From the NCBI GenBank assembly GCA_013202845.1, contig JABMPT010000005.1, forward strand, positions 71,308 through 135,307: DNA of 64,000 bases. The letters run 5' to 3'. This DNA comes from Candidatus Woesearchaeota archaeon. Its GTDB lineage: Archaea > Nanobdellota > Nanobdellia > Woesearchaeales > GCA-2686295. Below are positions 1 through 9,129 of the stretch, in pieces. Made by a program: the position numbers and the translations under genes. The notes under the pieces were generated by a model. The model did no database searches, was not told where the DNA came from, and was given only the letters and a program-made list of their open reading frames with translations. Position 1 is the stretch's first letter. Each line of letters starts with the position of its first letter.

Positions 1-192
1 AAGACAATGACTCACATAATTGCTTAATCTTTCTATGTTTGGAGACAAAGAAGCTGCTTGTAAAAAAACTCTTGTAGCAGATTCAACATTAATATCTCCA
101 TTAGGATTCCAATGGTTCCAAAGCTTTTCTATTTTTTCATCTAATTCTTTATTTGTATTTAAAAAAGGAAGAACAGTATCATGATAATCCAT
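1..192 (-). CDS. Partial ORF running off the left window edge. It starts at the ATG at 190-192, immediately after the stop of the Ppm-fusion gene. Function unknown; it could be the next step of a phosphonate pathway, but that is not supported by sequence.
   Basis: Manual translation of the minus strand gives MDYHDTVLPFLNTNKELDEKIEKLWNHWNPNGDINVESATRVFLQAASLSPNIERLSNYVSHCL... with no stop up to the window edge. It is co-directional and tightly packed with the upstream gene. It is not in the supplied ORF track because it is truncated. Confidence 0.3.
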   Translation of the reverse strand, partial: MDYHDTVLPFLNTNKELDEKIEKLWNHWNPNGDINVESATRVFLQAASLSPNIERLSNYVSHCL

Positions 193-1485
193 TTATTTCC
201 CTCCAGGAATCAATGTAAGAATATCTTTTATTGACATACAGTATTCCTGCGATGCTTCATAAGCCCTTTCATTCATAAGAATCGATTCTGCAGCCTTGAG
301 CATTGCCGGATATGCACTTCTCAACAAGTGATTTGCATAAATAACTACATTTACTCCTGCTTTCCTCAACTCCTCTTCATATATTTGGCTGTAGGTTGAA
401 GGTACAACCACTAATGGAACTTTCTTTTTGAATTTTGAAAAGTGTCTACAGAATTCTAAGATTTCTTTAGGTTCTTTTTCCTTGCTATGAATCATTAGTC
501 CATCTGCTCCTGCAGCTATATACGCCTGAGCTCTTTTCAAAGCATCCTTCATTCCTGCTTTCAGTATCAAGCTCTCAATTCTTGCTATTATCATAAAATC
601 TTCTGTCACTTGAGATTTTTTCCCTTCTGATATTTTGTATGCAAAACTCTTAATAGAATCTTGTTTTTGGTCTACTTCTGTTCCAAATAAAGAATTCTTT
701 TTTAAACCGATTTTATCTTCTATTATTATCGCTGAAATTCCCAATCTTTCCAATGTTTTAACAGTAAAAACAAAGTGCTCTGGTATCCCTCCTGTATCAC
801 CATCTACAATTATTGGTTTGGTTGTTGCTTCAACAATGTGATTTAGGGTATCCATTCTTTCAACCAATTCTATATCTGGTTTGCCCTTAGCAGTTGAATC
901 TGTCAGGCTACTAATCCAAACTCCATCAAACTCTTTAGTGTTATTATCTTTCAAGACCTTTGTACTTTCGACAATCAAACTACTAATGCCATTATGAGCT
1001 TCCATAAATCTAACCATATCTTTTACTTCTAAAAGACGTCTGAGTTTTCTCATTCTTATCTCAGGTGTTGTTCCAATATCATGTAATTCTTTATGCAATT
1101 GTGTAGAAGATATTCCTGGAGTATAAGGAATTTCAATTAGTTTGCCGCCCCATTCCTTCAGAGCGTTAATAACTCTTTGTCTTGTTTCCCTCTGCACTCC
1201 TGTTTTCCAGTCATTACCATGAATTACGTAGTCTGGTTTTATTTTCCTAAGGTTCGGAACATAATCCAATGTTTCTTGTGGCAACACTTTACTAACACCT
1301 TTTATATGTTCTATAATAAATTTTCTTTGATGATAGGTCAATGCAGGTAAACGTTTATAACTAGCAATAGCCTTATCTGTTAGAACACCCACTATTACTT
1401 CTCCATATTGCTTGGCTTGGTTAATAATATTCAAATGTCCGTGATGTATTAGATCTGCACTCATACCAACATATACTTTTTTCAT
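193..1485 (-). CDS. Bifunctional cytidylyltransferase (HxGH, GCT/CCT-like) fused to phosphoenolpyruvate mutase (Fom1-like architecture).
   Basis: The N-terminus [21 protein letters not shown] has an intact HxGH nucleotidyltransferase motif, and a later GISSTQL (RTxGISTT-like) motif is present. The C-terminal domain carries VDGDTGG and [15 protein letters not shown]. This EDK..KxNS pattern matches the PEP mutase active site (Lys/Asn/Ser) rather than the isocitrate-lyase KKCGH pattern. Length is 430 aa. Confidence 0.7.
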   Translation of the reverse strand: MKKVYVGMSADLIHHGHLNIINQAKQYGEVIVGVLTDKAIASYKRLPALTYHQRKFIIEHIKGVSKVLPQETLDYVPNLRKIKPDYVIHGNDWKTGVQRETRQRVINALKEWGGKLIEIPYTPGISSTQLHKELHDIGTTPEIRMRKLRRLLEVKDMVRFMEAHNGISSLIVESTKVLKDNNTKEFDGVWISSLTDSTAKGKPDIELVERMDTLNHIVEATTKPIIVDGDTGGIPEHFVFTVKTLERLGISAIIIEDKIGLKKNSLFGTEVDQKQDSIKSFAYKISEGKKSQVTEDFMIIARIESLILKAGMKDALKRAQAYIAAGADGLMIHSKEKEPKEILEFCRHFSKFKKKVPLVVVPSTYSQIYEEELRKAGVNVVIYANHLLRSAYPAMLKAAESILMNERAYEASQEYCMSIKDILTLIPGGK

Positions 1486-2030
1486 TTTTTATCATCTCCG
1501 CTGTATATTTTCAAGATTTGCCTCACCACTTTTTCAGGCAATAATTTCTCATAAGAATCAAGTTGAATGATTTCCCCATCGATTTGCTTGATAAACTTTG
1601 TTCCACCAGGTATTGTCTTCCAATTAGAGCCATAAATTAATATTATCTTCGAATCTTTGAATTGACTATGAATTTTCTTAAGGTTCTCAGTCGGATCCAG
1701 ACTGTTCTGAGACATAATCATATCAACACATCTAAGAGAAGAAATGATTGCGCTTCTCTCTTTTAAGTTGGCAATAGGTTTTCCTCGATAGGATTTTACT
1801 GCTTCATCACTTAAAACTCCACAAATATGAAGTTCTCCTAATTTATTCGCATTCTCAAGCAATTGCAATTGTCCATAGTTAAACAAGTCTCCAGTAGTAG
1901 AGGAGTATACAATTCTCTTTATCTTCTCTTTTTCAACACTAACAAGGTCTCCTTCCTTTATTCCAGAATTCTTTGGTATGGTCACACAGAGTTGACCATT
2001 GGATTTATTAAGCCAAACAATTTTCTTCAT
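1482..2030 (-). CDS. AbrB/SpoVT-like swapped-hairpin N-domain fused to a cytidylyltransferase-like domain with a degenerate HxGH motif (NYGQ). Possible pseudo-enzyme or regulator.
   Basis: N-terminus [22 protein letters not shown] resembles the AbrB/MazE fold. It is followed by [27 protein letters not shown], which aligns to G-T-F-D-x-x-H-x-G-H of GCT/CCT cytidylyltransferases with both His replaced. The RTEGIS motif is not recognisable. There is a 4-nt ATGA overlap with the downstream Ppm-fusion gene. Confidence 0.5.
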   Translation of the reverse strand: MKKIVWLNKSNGQLCVTIPKNSGIKEGDLVSVEKEKIKRIVYSSTTGDLFNYGQLQLLENANKLGELHICGVLSDEAVKSYRGKPIANLKERSAIISSLRCVDMIMSQNSLDPTENLKKIHSQFKDSKIILIYGSNWKTIPGGTKFIKQIDGEIIQLDSYEKLLPEKVVRQILKIYSGDDKK

Positions 2031-2080
2031 TTACTAGTGTTACTAGTATGATATTTATATATTTTTCCATTATGGAAGAA

Positions 2081-2803
2081 CTAAGATTTACCAATAGCAC
2101 CATCATCAGAAAAAGTAATCCAATTTTTTTGAGTAACACACCAATTTTTACCATAACGAAAAACAAGATAAGACTTTAAAGATCTGGGAACATTAAAAGA
2201 AACACCGTAAAAACTTAGAGAAGAAAAGTTCTTAAAATAATGTGCTGGGACAACCCAATTAATTTCCTCACAACCAAAAGGGCAAGAAACCTTGGAAATA
2301 AATTTTTTTATACTCGCCTTACAATCATTTGGGAATAAAAAAACCCAAAATAAAAGAAAATGCTTTATAAGGGTTGATAAATTAAAAAAGTTCCTTGAAC
2401 GAATACTATTATAATTAATAACTGAAAAAGTCCACCACCAAGCCTTAAAAAGCTTTCCAAAAACAGACTTGGTTGTTAAAAGACTTCTGAAAGCAACTCT
2501 TTTTCTAAGATAAAAAACAGACACATTAACAAGTATTTTCTTTTTTTCTAAAACAATTTTGTCTTTAAGAACATAAATCTGAAAACCTTTATTTCCAAGT
2601 TCCTTGAAAAGTTTGTTACTTGAATTAAAGTGTACTACTTCATGCGACCAAATACCTAAATCTATATCGTTATCCCAAGGAATAAACTTTTTATCTCGGA
2701 CAGCAGCAAGTAAGGTACCTGAATCCAACCAATAAGTAACATTGTGCTTTTTGAAAACTTCGTCCACCTCTTTCAACACTGCAGCAGCATTCTTCTCATT
2801 CAT
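2081..2803 (-). CDS. LicD-family phosphotransferase (phosphocholine/phosphonate-type transfer from a CDP/CMP-activated donor onto a glycan).
   Basis: YWLDSGTLLAAVRDKKFIPWDNDIDLGIW is the canonical LicD nucleotidyltransferase-fold motif. Confidence 0.7.
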   Translation of the reverse strand: MNEKNAAAVLKEVDEVFKKHNVTYWLDSGTLLAAVRDKKFIPWDNDIDLGIWSHEVVHFNSSNKLFKELGNKGFQIYVLKDKIVLEKKKILVNVSVFYLRKRVAFRSLLTTKSVFGKLFKAWWWTFSVINYNSIRSRNFFNLSTLIKHFLLFWVFLFPNDCKASIKKFISKVSCPFGCEEINWVVPAHYFKNFSSLSFYGVSFNVPRSLKSYLVFRYGKNWCVTQKNWITFSDDGAIGKS

Positions 2804-2827
2804 TCATCAACACCCCTTACCAAAGAA

Positions 2828-3766
2828 CTAACCTTTAATCTCCTTAATCGAATAATTCTTTTCCTGTCTATAATACATTTTCATCATAATATCAGCTAAC
2901 ACACCAAACATTAAAAACTGTACTCCTAGCACAACCAGCAGAACCGCCAATATCAACAATGGCCTGTTTCCAATTCCTATTCCAAGGAATATCCTTATAA
3001 AAGCAAGATACAGTCCAATTAAAACTCCTAAAAAACCACTTAGTAAACCCAAACCACCAAATAAGTGTATAGGTCTTGCAGAGTATTGCATCCAAAACTT
3101 AACCACCAGCAAATCCAGAAAACCTCTGAAAACCCTTAAGGGACCATACTTTGTCTTGCCAAATCTTCTATGATGATGTCTAACCTTAAGTTCTCCTATC
3201 CTAAAACCTTTTATGGACAGTATCAAAGGAATAAACCTGTGCATCTCGCCAAAAAGAGTTATATCATCAAAACACTCCTTCCTGTAAGCCTTTAAAGTGC
3301 AGCCAGAATCATGAACAGTATCCTTTGCAATTGATCTTCTGATAACTCCTGCAATCAAAGAGAAAAGCTTTTTTAAAATACTGTCCTTTCGTTTAAATCT
3401 CCAGCCCGAAACACAATCAAAACCCTCATTCAGCTTTGCAATCAATCTCGGAATATCCTGAGGATCATTCTGGAGATCTGCATCAGTAGCGATTATTATT
3501 CCCCCCTTGGCGTTCTTAAAACCTGCATCAAGAGCAGCTGTTTGGCCAAAGTTTCTTCTGAAAACTATTATTTTCACAAGCTTATCCTTTTCACGAATCT
3601 TTTCAAGAATACTAAGAGTCCTGTCTCTAGAGCCATCATCAACAAATATTATTTCATAGGATTTACCTATACTTCTAAGGACTTCAGATACTTTTTTATG
3701 TAGAATAAACACATTCTCTCCCTCATTATATGTAGGAATAACAACTGAAATCTCGGGCTCTTTCAT
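2828..3766 (-). CDS. GT2 polyprenyl-phosphate (dolichyl-P) sugar synthase with C-terminal transmembrane helices (DPM1/ArnC/GtrB-like).
   Basis: VVIPTYNEGENV...FVDDGSRDRT...DADLQ GT-A motifs plus a hydrophobic C-terminal tail (LFGGLGLLSGFLGVLIGLYLAFI...). Confidence 0.8.
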   Translation of the reverse strand: MKEPEISVVIPTYNEGENVFILHKKVSEVLRSIGKSYEIIFVDDGSRDRTLSILEKIREKDKLVKIIVFRRNFGQTAALDAGFKNAKGGIIIATDADLQNDPQDIPRLIAKLNEGFDCVSGWRFKRKDSILKKLFSLIAGVIRRSIAKDTVHDSGCTLKAYRKECFDDITLFGEMHRFIPLILSIKGFRIGELKVRHHHRRFGKTKYGPLRVFRGFLDLLVVKFWMQYSARPIHLFGGLGLLSGFLGVLIGLYLAFIRIFLGIGIGNRPLLILAVLLVVLGVQFLMFGVLADIMMKMYYRQEKNYSIKEIKG

Positions 3767-3856
3767 TTTAATACAACTCCACAGGTAACTAAAATAGTAC
3801 TCGTGTATGACAGAATATCAAAATAGTTTATAAAAGTATATTTTTTAGAGAGAAAA

Positions 3857-4384
3857 CTACTTAATCACTTCTAAAAAATAATGTATTTCTGAAGAAGGAA
3901 AAATCCAGCAAAAGAATCTTTGGTAAAAGGTTGGGAATAAGTTTATCAAGAAATCAAGAGGCCAGGAATAGAACTTAGATCTCATAAAAGCTTTACCAGA
4001 AAAGAAGAATATTCTTCGTTTCAACATTCTGAACTTTGCTTTCGAGTAATAACCTTCTTTTGAGAAACAGTCAAAAGTCTTGTAAGTAAAAAAACTCTTG
4101 TGCTGTGGATCATTAAAGGCTCCTTGTCCAGAAAAATAAGGGGCCATTATTTTAATTTTTGCATTCTTTTTTGAAATTCTATAAATCTCTTCGAGTGAAA
4201 GAATCAAGTTATCAACATGCTCCAAGAAATGTCTACAAAAAACTTCATCAAAATTATTTTCTTTAAATGGATATGGAATCTTATTCAAGTCATGTACAAC
4301 ATCAACTCCAGGTAGATTCACAATATCAACGTTTAAATAACCTTTAAGAACACCTCTACCAGACCCTAAATTTAATTTATTCAT
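3857..4384 (-). CDS. Class I SAM-dependent methyltransferase.
   Basis: LNLGSGRGVLKGYLNVDI glycine-rich SAM motif and a FLEHV motif. The start was moved to the internal Met (MNKLNLGSG) to minimise overlap with aglB; the ORF track extends it to 4414. Confidence 0.55.
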   Translation of the reverse strand: MNKLNLGSGRGVLKGYLNVDIVNLPGVDVVHDLNKIPYPFKENNFDEVFCRHFLEHVDNLILSLEEIYRISKKNAKIKIMAPYFSGQGAFNDPQHKSFFTYKTFDCFSKEGYYSKAKFRMLKRRIFFFSGKAFMRSKFYSWPLDFLINLFPTFYQRFFCWIFPSSEIHYFLEVIK

Positions 4385-7238
4385 TTTCTGGATTCCAATT
4401 AACTTTCCAAACAATTATCCTGCTGCCAGTAACTGCAGTCATGTCACTAAATTTCTCAAAATGTGAAGTATGCCTTCCATCCATATAAAATAATTTAGTA
4501 AACAAAGACTGCGAAAGGTCAGGATGAGTAACCAATGCTTTATTGACTTTTCTGTCATAAACAAGATTTAAGAATATGTCTTGTCCGCCAACATCATATT
4601 TTTCAAAAGTATCACCAGCTATAACAACACTCGGTGGCTTCACTTCTTGCTGACCAGCAATCGAACCTGTATTTCTGTCAACAAATGCAAGTATGAATTT
4701 TGTGTCAGAAGGATTTGACAAGTTTATAATTGCTTTTTGTATGTTAACATTTTGACCAAGATTACTTTGACCAATACCTAATCCTATATTGCATTCAGCA
4801 ATCTCTGAAGTATTTGTACAACTTCTCAAACTTGGTGTGCCATAGTTTGGCCAAGGAGCAATCCAATTGTTTACCTCTTGGTCACTTGCCAATGCTTGAA
4901 CATCATAGTAATACTTACTTGCTTTATCTTCTGTATAATTAAATCTGTCCATTAATAAATCAATTGATTCTTGGTATCCTTTTCTTCTAACATTATTGTA
5001 TATAAATGACCTATCAAAATTCCAACTTCCAAAATGAGACCATACACCTGCCTTACCAACCATATCTCCTGATGTTATCAAAAAAGCTTCAGGAGGTTCA
5101 CAATGAGAATTATTTAATATTGTTTCTATTTCTTCAATTGAGAATCCTTTGTCTAGTAAATGAGTTCTAGCATCCTCTTTTTCTTTCATAATAATTTCAT
5201 AGATAATATTTACTGAAATTTCAGTATCATTATACTTCTTGTCAATTTCATTAAAAGCATTATTGGCTCCACAATCAAGCATTCTGAGAATCGCAATTGA
5301 TAAGTCTTCATCATCTGACATCAAAAGTTTTCCAACCCAATGAGCTTGAGGCATATTCTGGCTTCCACCATCAAAAGTGACTGGTCTATCAGCTATTGCT
5401 TTAAACCAGTGACCGAAATCCCACCAAGAAGTTATTATAGCATTTTCAGTTGAATTATCTTTTATCTTTGTCAAGCTAGTCCACCAAGCATCATTCATAC
5501 TTGGTATTTCCCCTTTGGCAACGTTATTAGCTGCTTTAATAGGATTAATAAGCAACAATAACAATAACAATATTAATAGCGCAGAAATAATTTTCTTGTT
5601 AAATTTAAATTCTTTTGAAATCAAATCAGATAGAGTTGATTGAATAAAACCTAAAGCAATACCAAAAGCTATTCCAAAAGCAGGTACAATCAATAAAACA
5701 AATCTTGTTCCTTTTGTGCTAGCATACATCGTTCCAACAAACCATATCGTAAGAAAGAGAGCATATTTAACATCAATATTCCTTTCGTCTTTGAGAAGAA
5801 GAAATAATCCTATGGCCACTGGCAACAAAAAGACCATGAAGTATTTCATAGGTGAGAATCTTATAAAAGCATCTGTTATTAATAGTAAATAAAAGACCAG
5901 CCCAGAACCAAAAAGGATAAAATCTTTTTTATTCAACTCATCTCTTTTCACCAAAGTAAGTATAACGCCTAAACTAGCAATGAAAAAGAAAAGTTTTCCG
6001 CCTATCTGACTTATGATTGAACTGAGTGACGCAGGATTAAGCTCTGCAACAGTTGTATAAACATTCGGCCAAAGATTAGCATGAGAAGCTTGCTTTATGA
6101 TTGTAAAGCCAAGAGGTCCTTTGATAAACTGCAGAAAAAAAGCAAAGTTAAAAAATAAAGAAACAGAAATTCCTGAGAAAATAATAAATAATCCTAAGAA
6201 TCTTAATGAATTTTTTAATTCATCACTCCAGAATTTTTCTAAACTTTTTGTTCTTATTAAAGACCTAATAAAGAAATAAACAATATACACTAAAATAACA
6301 CCTAACAAGAAGTCAAAGATGTACCACCAACCACTCCAAGCAAAACTGTAGAGTCCAACTAAAAAACCACATAAAGCCAATAGCCATGTTTGTTTCTTCC
6401 AGTTGTCTGTTTCAAAGGCTTCAATAAAAACCCAAGCAATGAAAAGCGGAAATAAAACATTGTAAGCATCCGTGTCTGCAAATCCTCCTGCAGTTCTACC
6501 AATGTAAGCGGCATGAACAGCTACAATCATTGCAGCAACGAATCCACCAAAGTAACCAATCCTTCTTTTGGCAATAAAAAAAGCAGGAATAACAGAGAGA
6601 GCTGATAAAATAATTGGAATAAAGAATACTGTTTTCATTAAAGATTGCTCCCGGAATATTGAAATTATTTTATGTAAATAATATTCCAAATATGGATGTA
6701 AATGAGGTCTTGCAAAATTACCTAAGGGTGCTACGCCATGATTATCAAATGGCTTTCCATCAATTAACAAGTCACCCATATGACCATTCTCAAATAAATT
6801 CCTTGAATACCTGTAATAAAAGTATGGATCAATTGCTAGCAGATAAGTTTGGCCTGTTTCATCTTGAAAACGAGATTTTAGATCATTCGACAAACGATTG
6901 ATTTCATTTTGCAATCCAGAATCTTGTTGCTTCAAGAAGTCCACCACTTGAGTATCAATTATTTGATTCTTATTTGCGCTTGGAAGATTAGGATATTGTT
7001 GATTAACTTGCGCAGCAATCTGAGACCTAACACCATTATATATATTATTATAAGCCCAATCATCAGTAACAGGCAAATAATAGGAATACATCCTAAAATA
7101 AACTGAAAAAAACAAAGGAATCAGTATTAACAAAACAGTCAACCATTTTTTATTCTTAAAAGAACCTACTCTTTTAAACCAAGAAATAACAGCTGATATA
7201 TCAACAGAAAATTCGTCTTCTTGTTTTGTTTTAACCAT
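4377..7238 (-). CDS. aglB: Archaeal oligosaccharyltransferase AglB (STT3 family).
   Basis: About 13 predicted TM helices. The first-loop motif IDPYFYYRYSRN matches DPxFxxR of STT3/AglB. WWDFGHW (a WWDYG variant) lies after the TM region. The large C-terminal soluble domain is present, at 953 aa. A GGGGG Shine-Dalgarno and a TTTATATAA box lie upstream. Confidence 0.85.
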   Translation of the reverse strand: MVKTKQEDEFSVDISAVISWFKRVGSFKNKKWLTVLLILIPLFFSVYFRMYSYYLPVTDDWAYNNIYNGVRSQIAAQVNQQYPNLPSANKNQIIDTQVVDFLKQQDSGLQNEINRLSNDLKSRFQDETGQTYLLAIDPYFYYRYSRNLFENGHMGDLLIDGKPFDNHGVAPLGNFARPHLHPYLEYYLHKIISIFREQSLMKTVFFIPIILSALSVIPAFFIAKRRIGYFGGFVAAMIVAVHAAYIGRTAGGFADTDAYNVLFPLFIAWVFIEAFETDNWKKQTWLLALCGFLVGLYSFAWSGWWYIFDFLLGVILVYIVYFFIRSLIRTKSLEKFWSDELKNSLRFLGLFIIFSGISVSLFFNFAFFLQFIKGPLGFTIIKQASHANLWPNVYTTVAELNPASLSSIISQIGGKLFFFIASLGVILTLVKRDELNKKDFILFGSGLVFYLLLITDAFIRFSPMKYFMVFLLPVAIGLFLLLKDERNIDVKYALFLTIWFVGTMYASTKGTRFVLLIVPAFGIAFGIALGFIQSTLSDLISKEFKFNKKIISALLILLLLLLLINPIKAANNVAKGEIPSMNDAWWTSLTKIKDNSTENAIITSWWDFGHWFKAIADRPVTFDGGSQNMPQAHWVGKLLMSDDEDLSIAILRMLDCGANNAFNEIDKKYNDTEISVNIIYEIIMKEKEDARTHLLDKGFSIEEIETILNNSHCEPPEAFLITSGDMVGKAGVWSHFGSWNFDRSFIYNNVRRKGYQESIDLLMDRFNYTEDKASKYYYDVQALASDQEVNNWIAPWPNYGTPSLRSCTNTSEIAECNIGLGIGQSNLGQNVNIQKAIINLSNPSDTKFILAFVDRNTGSIAGQQEVKPPSVVIAGDTFEKYDVGGQDIFLNLVYDRKVNKALVTHPDLSQSLFTKLFYMDGRHTSHFEKFSDMTAVTGSRIIVWKVNWNPENE

Positions 7239-7272
7239 ATAACCCCCTTTGTGCTAAAAGTTATGATGAATT

Positions 7273-7282
7273 GTTTATATAA
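7273..7282. promoter_or_regulatory. Palindromic archaeal TATA box (TTTATATAA) in the divergent aglB / methyltransferase intergenic region.
   Basis: tttatataa lies about 38 nt upstream of the aglB ATG, with an AAAGGGGG SD 5-9 nt before the ATG. A second tttaaataaa box sits at 7311-7320, before the plus-strand gene. Confidence 0.45.
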
Positions 7283-7342
7283 TTTTTGATTAAAAAAACA
7301 AACAACAAGATTTAAATAAAAACAAAAAGTCATTAAAAAAAT

Positions 7343-7891
7343 ATGGAAACTACAATAAAGTGGAGAGGTAGAATTCTTATTAAAGCGATTAAAAGATTCT
7401 CATTACAAGATAAAAAAGTGTTGGATATTGGCTGTGGAAATGGCGTAATTACAGATCAGCTGCAGAAGTATTTCAATTTGAAGATTACAGGTTTAGACAT
7501 ACTTAATTATCTTACAAAAAAAATAGATTTTCAGCTAATGAAAGAAGAAGATAAAATACCTTATAAAGATAATAAATTCGATTTAGGAATATTTACAGAT
7601 GCATTGCATCACATGCCTTATAAGATTCAAGTCAAACTCATAAAAGAAGCATTAAGAGTCAGCAAAGAAGTTCTAATTTTTGAAGTCGCACCAACATTCA
7701 AAGGCAAATTAATAGATTTTCTAATTAATCAGATTCACAATGCAAATATGCCAATATTGTTAACTCATAGAAATAAACAAGATTGGATGAAAGTATTTGC
7801 GAAAAACAATATAAAAGCAGAGTTTTATCCTGTAAAAACTCCTTTTATCTATCCATTCATACATTACTTATTTCATCTAAGAAAAGAATAA
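7343..7891 (+). CDS. Class I SAM-dependent methyltransferase.
   Basis: VLDIGCGNGVITDQL motif I; DALHHM. Confidence 0.6.
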   Translation: METTIKWRGRILIKAIKRFSLQDKKVLDIGCGNGVITDQLQKYFNLKITGLDILNYLTKKIDFQLMKEEDKIPYKDNKFDLGIFTDALHHMPYKIQVKLIKEALRVSKEVLIFEVAPTFKGKLIDFLINQIHNANMPILLTHRNKQDWMKVFAKNNIKAEFYPVKTPFIYPFIHYLFHLRKE

Positions 7892-7899
7892 ACAAAAAT

Positions 7900-9129
7900 C
7901 TAAGCAGAAGAAAATCGTTTTTTATTTTTTTGTTTAACAATTTCAATCCAACTTTTTAGCAAAACAAACCAAGCAATTAAAAAAGTTATTTTCATTAACC
8001 ATTCAAACAAATAAGTCATAGATTCAGACAGACCCATACTTGCTAAATAACCGCCACTTACTGTATAAAATAACAGTCCAAAAATTATTCCAAGTGAAGA
8101 AGTCACTAGAAACAAAATTTTCTTTTTATTAATAAGAAGAAAGAAAGGAACCATCCATGAGAAGTAATGCAACCCAAAACCCATTCTAAAAACAACAAAT
8201 GTTAATAAACTTGCATAAATAGTAACTAAAAGAGAAAATCGTCTTTTATAACAAATATAGAGAACAAAAATGAAAGGAACTAGAATGATTAATTTCTGAA
8301 TTGAAACAACAAAAGCAGTCAAGAAATGAAACAAACTCATACCTGTGATTGATTGAAGAATTTCAAATAATAATCTAAAACCCCAAGATTCTCCGCCGCC
8401 AAAATAAAGAAAAACAGTTCTTAAAATAGCTAAAAAACTTTCTTTGTTTGAGAATATAAAAGGTGTTAGCAATAAAGCAGAAGAAATTCCAGATACAATC
8501 AGATAATTAATTCTTTTTCTCCATGTTTTTATTTTCATTAATAATGCAGGAATCAATAGTGCTGGCAAAAGTTTCCAGATAGGAGCTAATGAAAACATAA
8601 AAGCCGATAGAGCCCATCTTTTTCCCTTAGAGAAATGAAAATAATACCATGCCAAGAAAATAAAGAACATTATAACCATTGTTGGTTGTCCAAGAACAAC
8701 ACTTGATATTATAGTTATAGGATTAAGGGCATACAACCACCCTATAGTTAGTGATTCTGATATTTTTCTTTTTAATCTAATTGCTGTGTGTATGAGCATT
8801 GCGTTAAACAACACATCAATTATTAAGTATGGAATACGATATACCAAATTCCAAGAAACATCTAAAAAGTTAGAAATCCATTTTATAAGAGCAGAATACA
8901 CCAACCATCCAGGCATATGATCAAAACCAACACGCACTGAATCACCTAAAGTTTCAAGATAAGGATTATGTCCTTCTAACAACCAAACACCTGTTTGCTG
9001 CAAATGAATATCATCAATTAAATTCGTAACATATGGCAGAGAAAGAATTAAAACAACAACTCTCAAAATTAAAGAAACAAAAAGAATATAAAAAAATAAT
9101 CTTTTTAAGTTCTTATCCAATATTTTCAC
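7900..9129 (-). CDS. Polytopic membrane protein, putative GT-C-fold glycosyltransferase (DUF2029/GT87-like).
   Basis: About 10 TM helices. An acidic motif NLIDDIH sits in the first extracytoplasmic loop. It is flanked by Dol-P-sugar synthase and glycosyltransferase genes. Confidence 0.45.
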   Translation of the reverse strand: MKILDKNLKRLFFYILFVSLILRVVVLILSLPYVTNLIDDIHLQQTGVWLLEGHNPYLETLGDSVRVGFDHMPGWLVYSALIKWISNFLDVSWNLVYRIPYLIIDVLFNAMLIHTAIRLKRKISESLTIGWLYALNPITIISSVVLGQPTMVIMFFIFLAWYYFHFSKGKRWALSAFMFSLAPIWKLLPALLIPALLMKIKTWRKRINYLIVSGISSALLLTPFIFSNKESFLAILRTVFLYFGGGESWGFRLLFEILQSITGMSLFHFLTAFVVSIQKLIILVPFIFVLYICYKRRFSLLVTIYASLLTFVVFRMGFGLHYFSWMVPFFLLINKKKILFLVTSSLGIIFGLLFYTVSGGYLASMGLSESMTYLFEWLMKITFLIAWFVLLKSWIEIVKQKNKKRFSSA

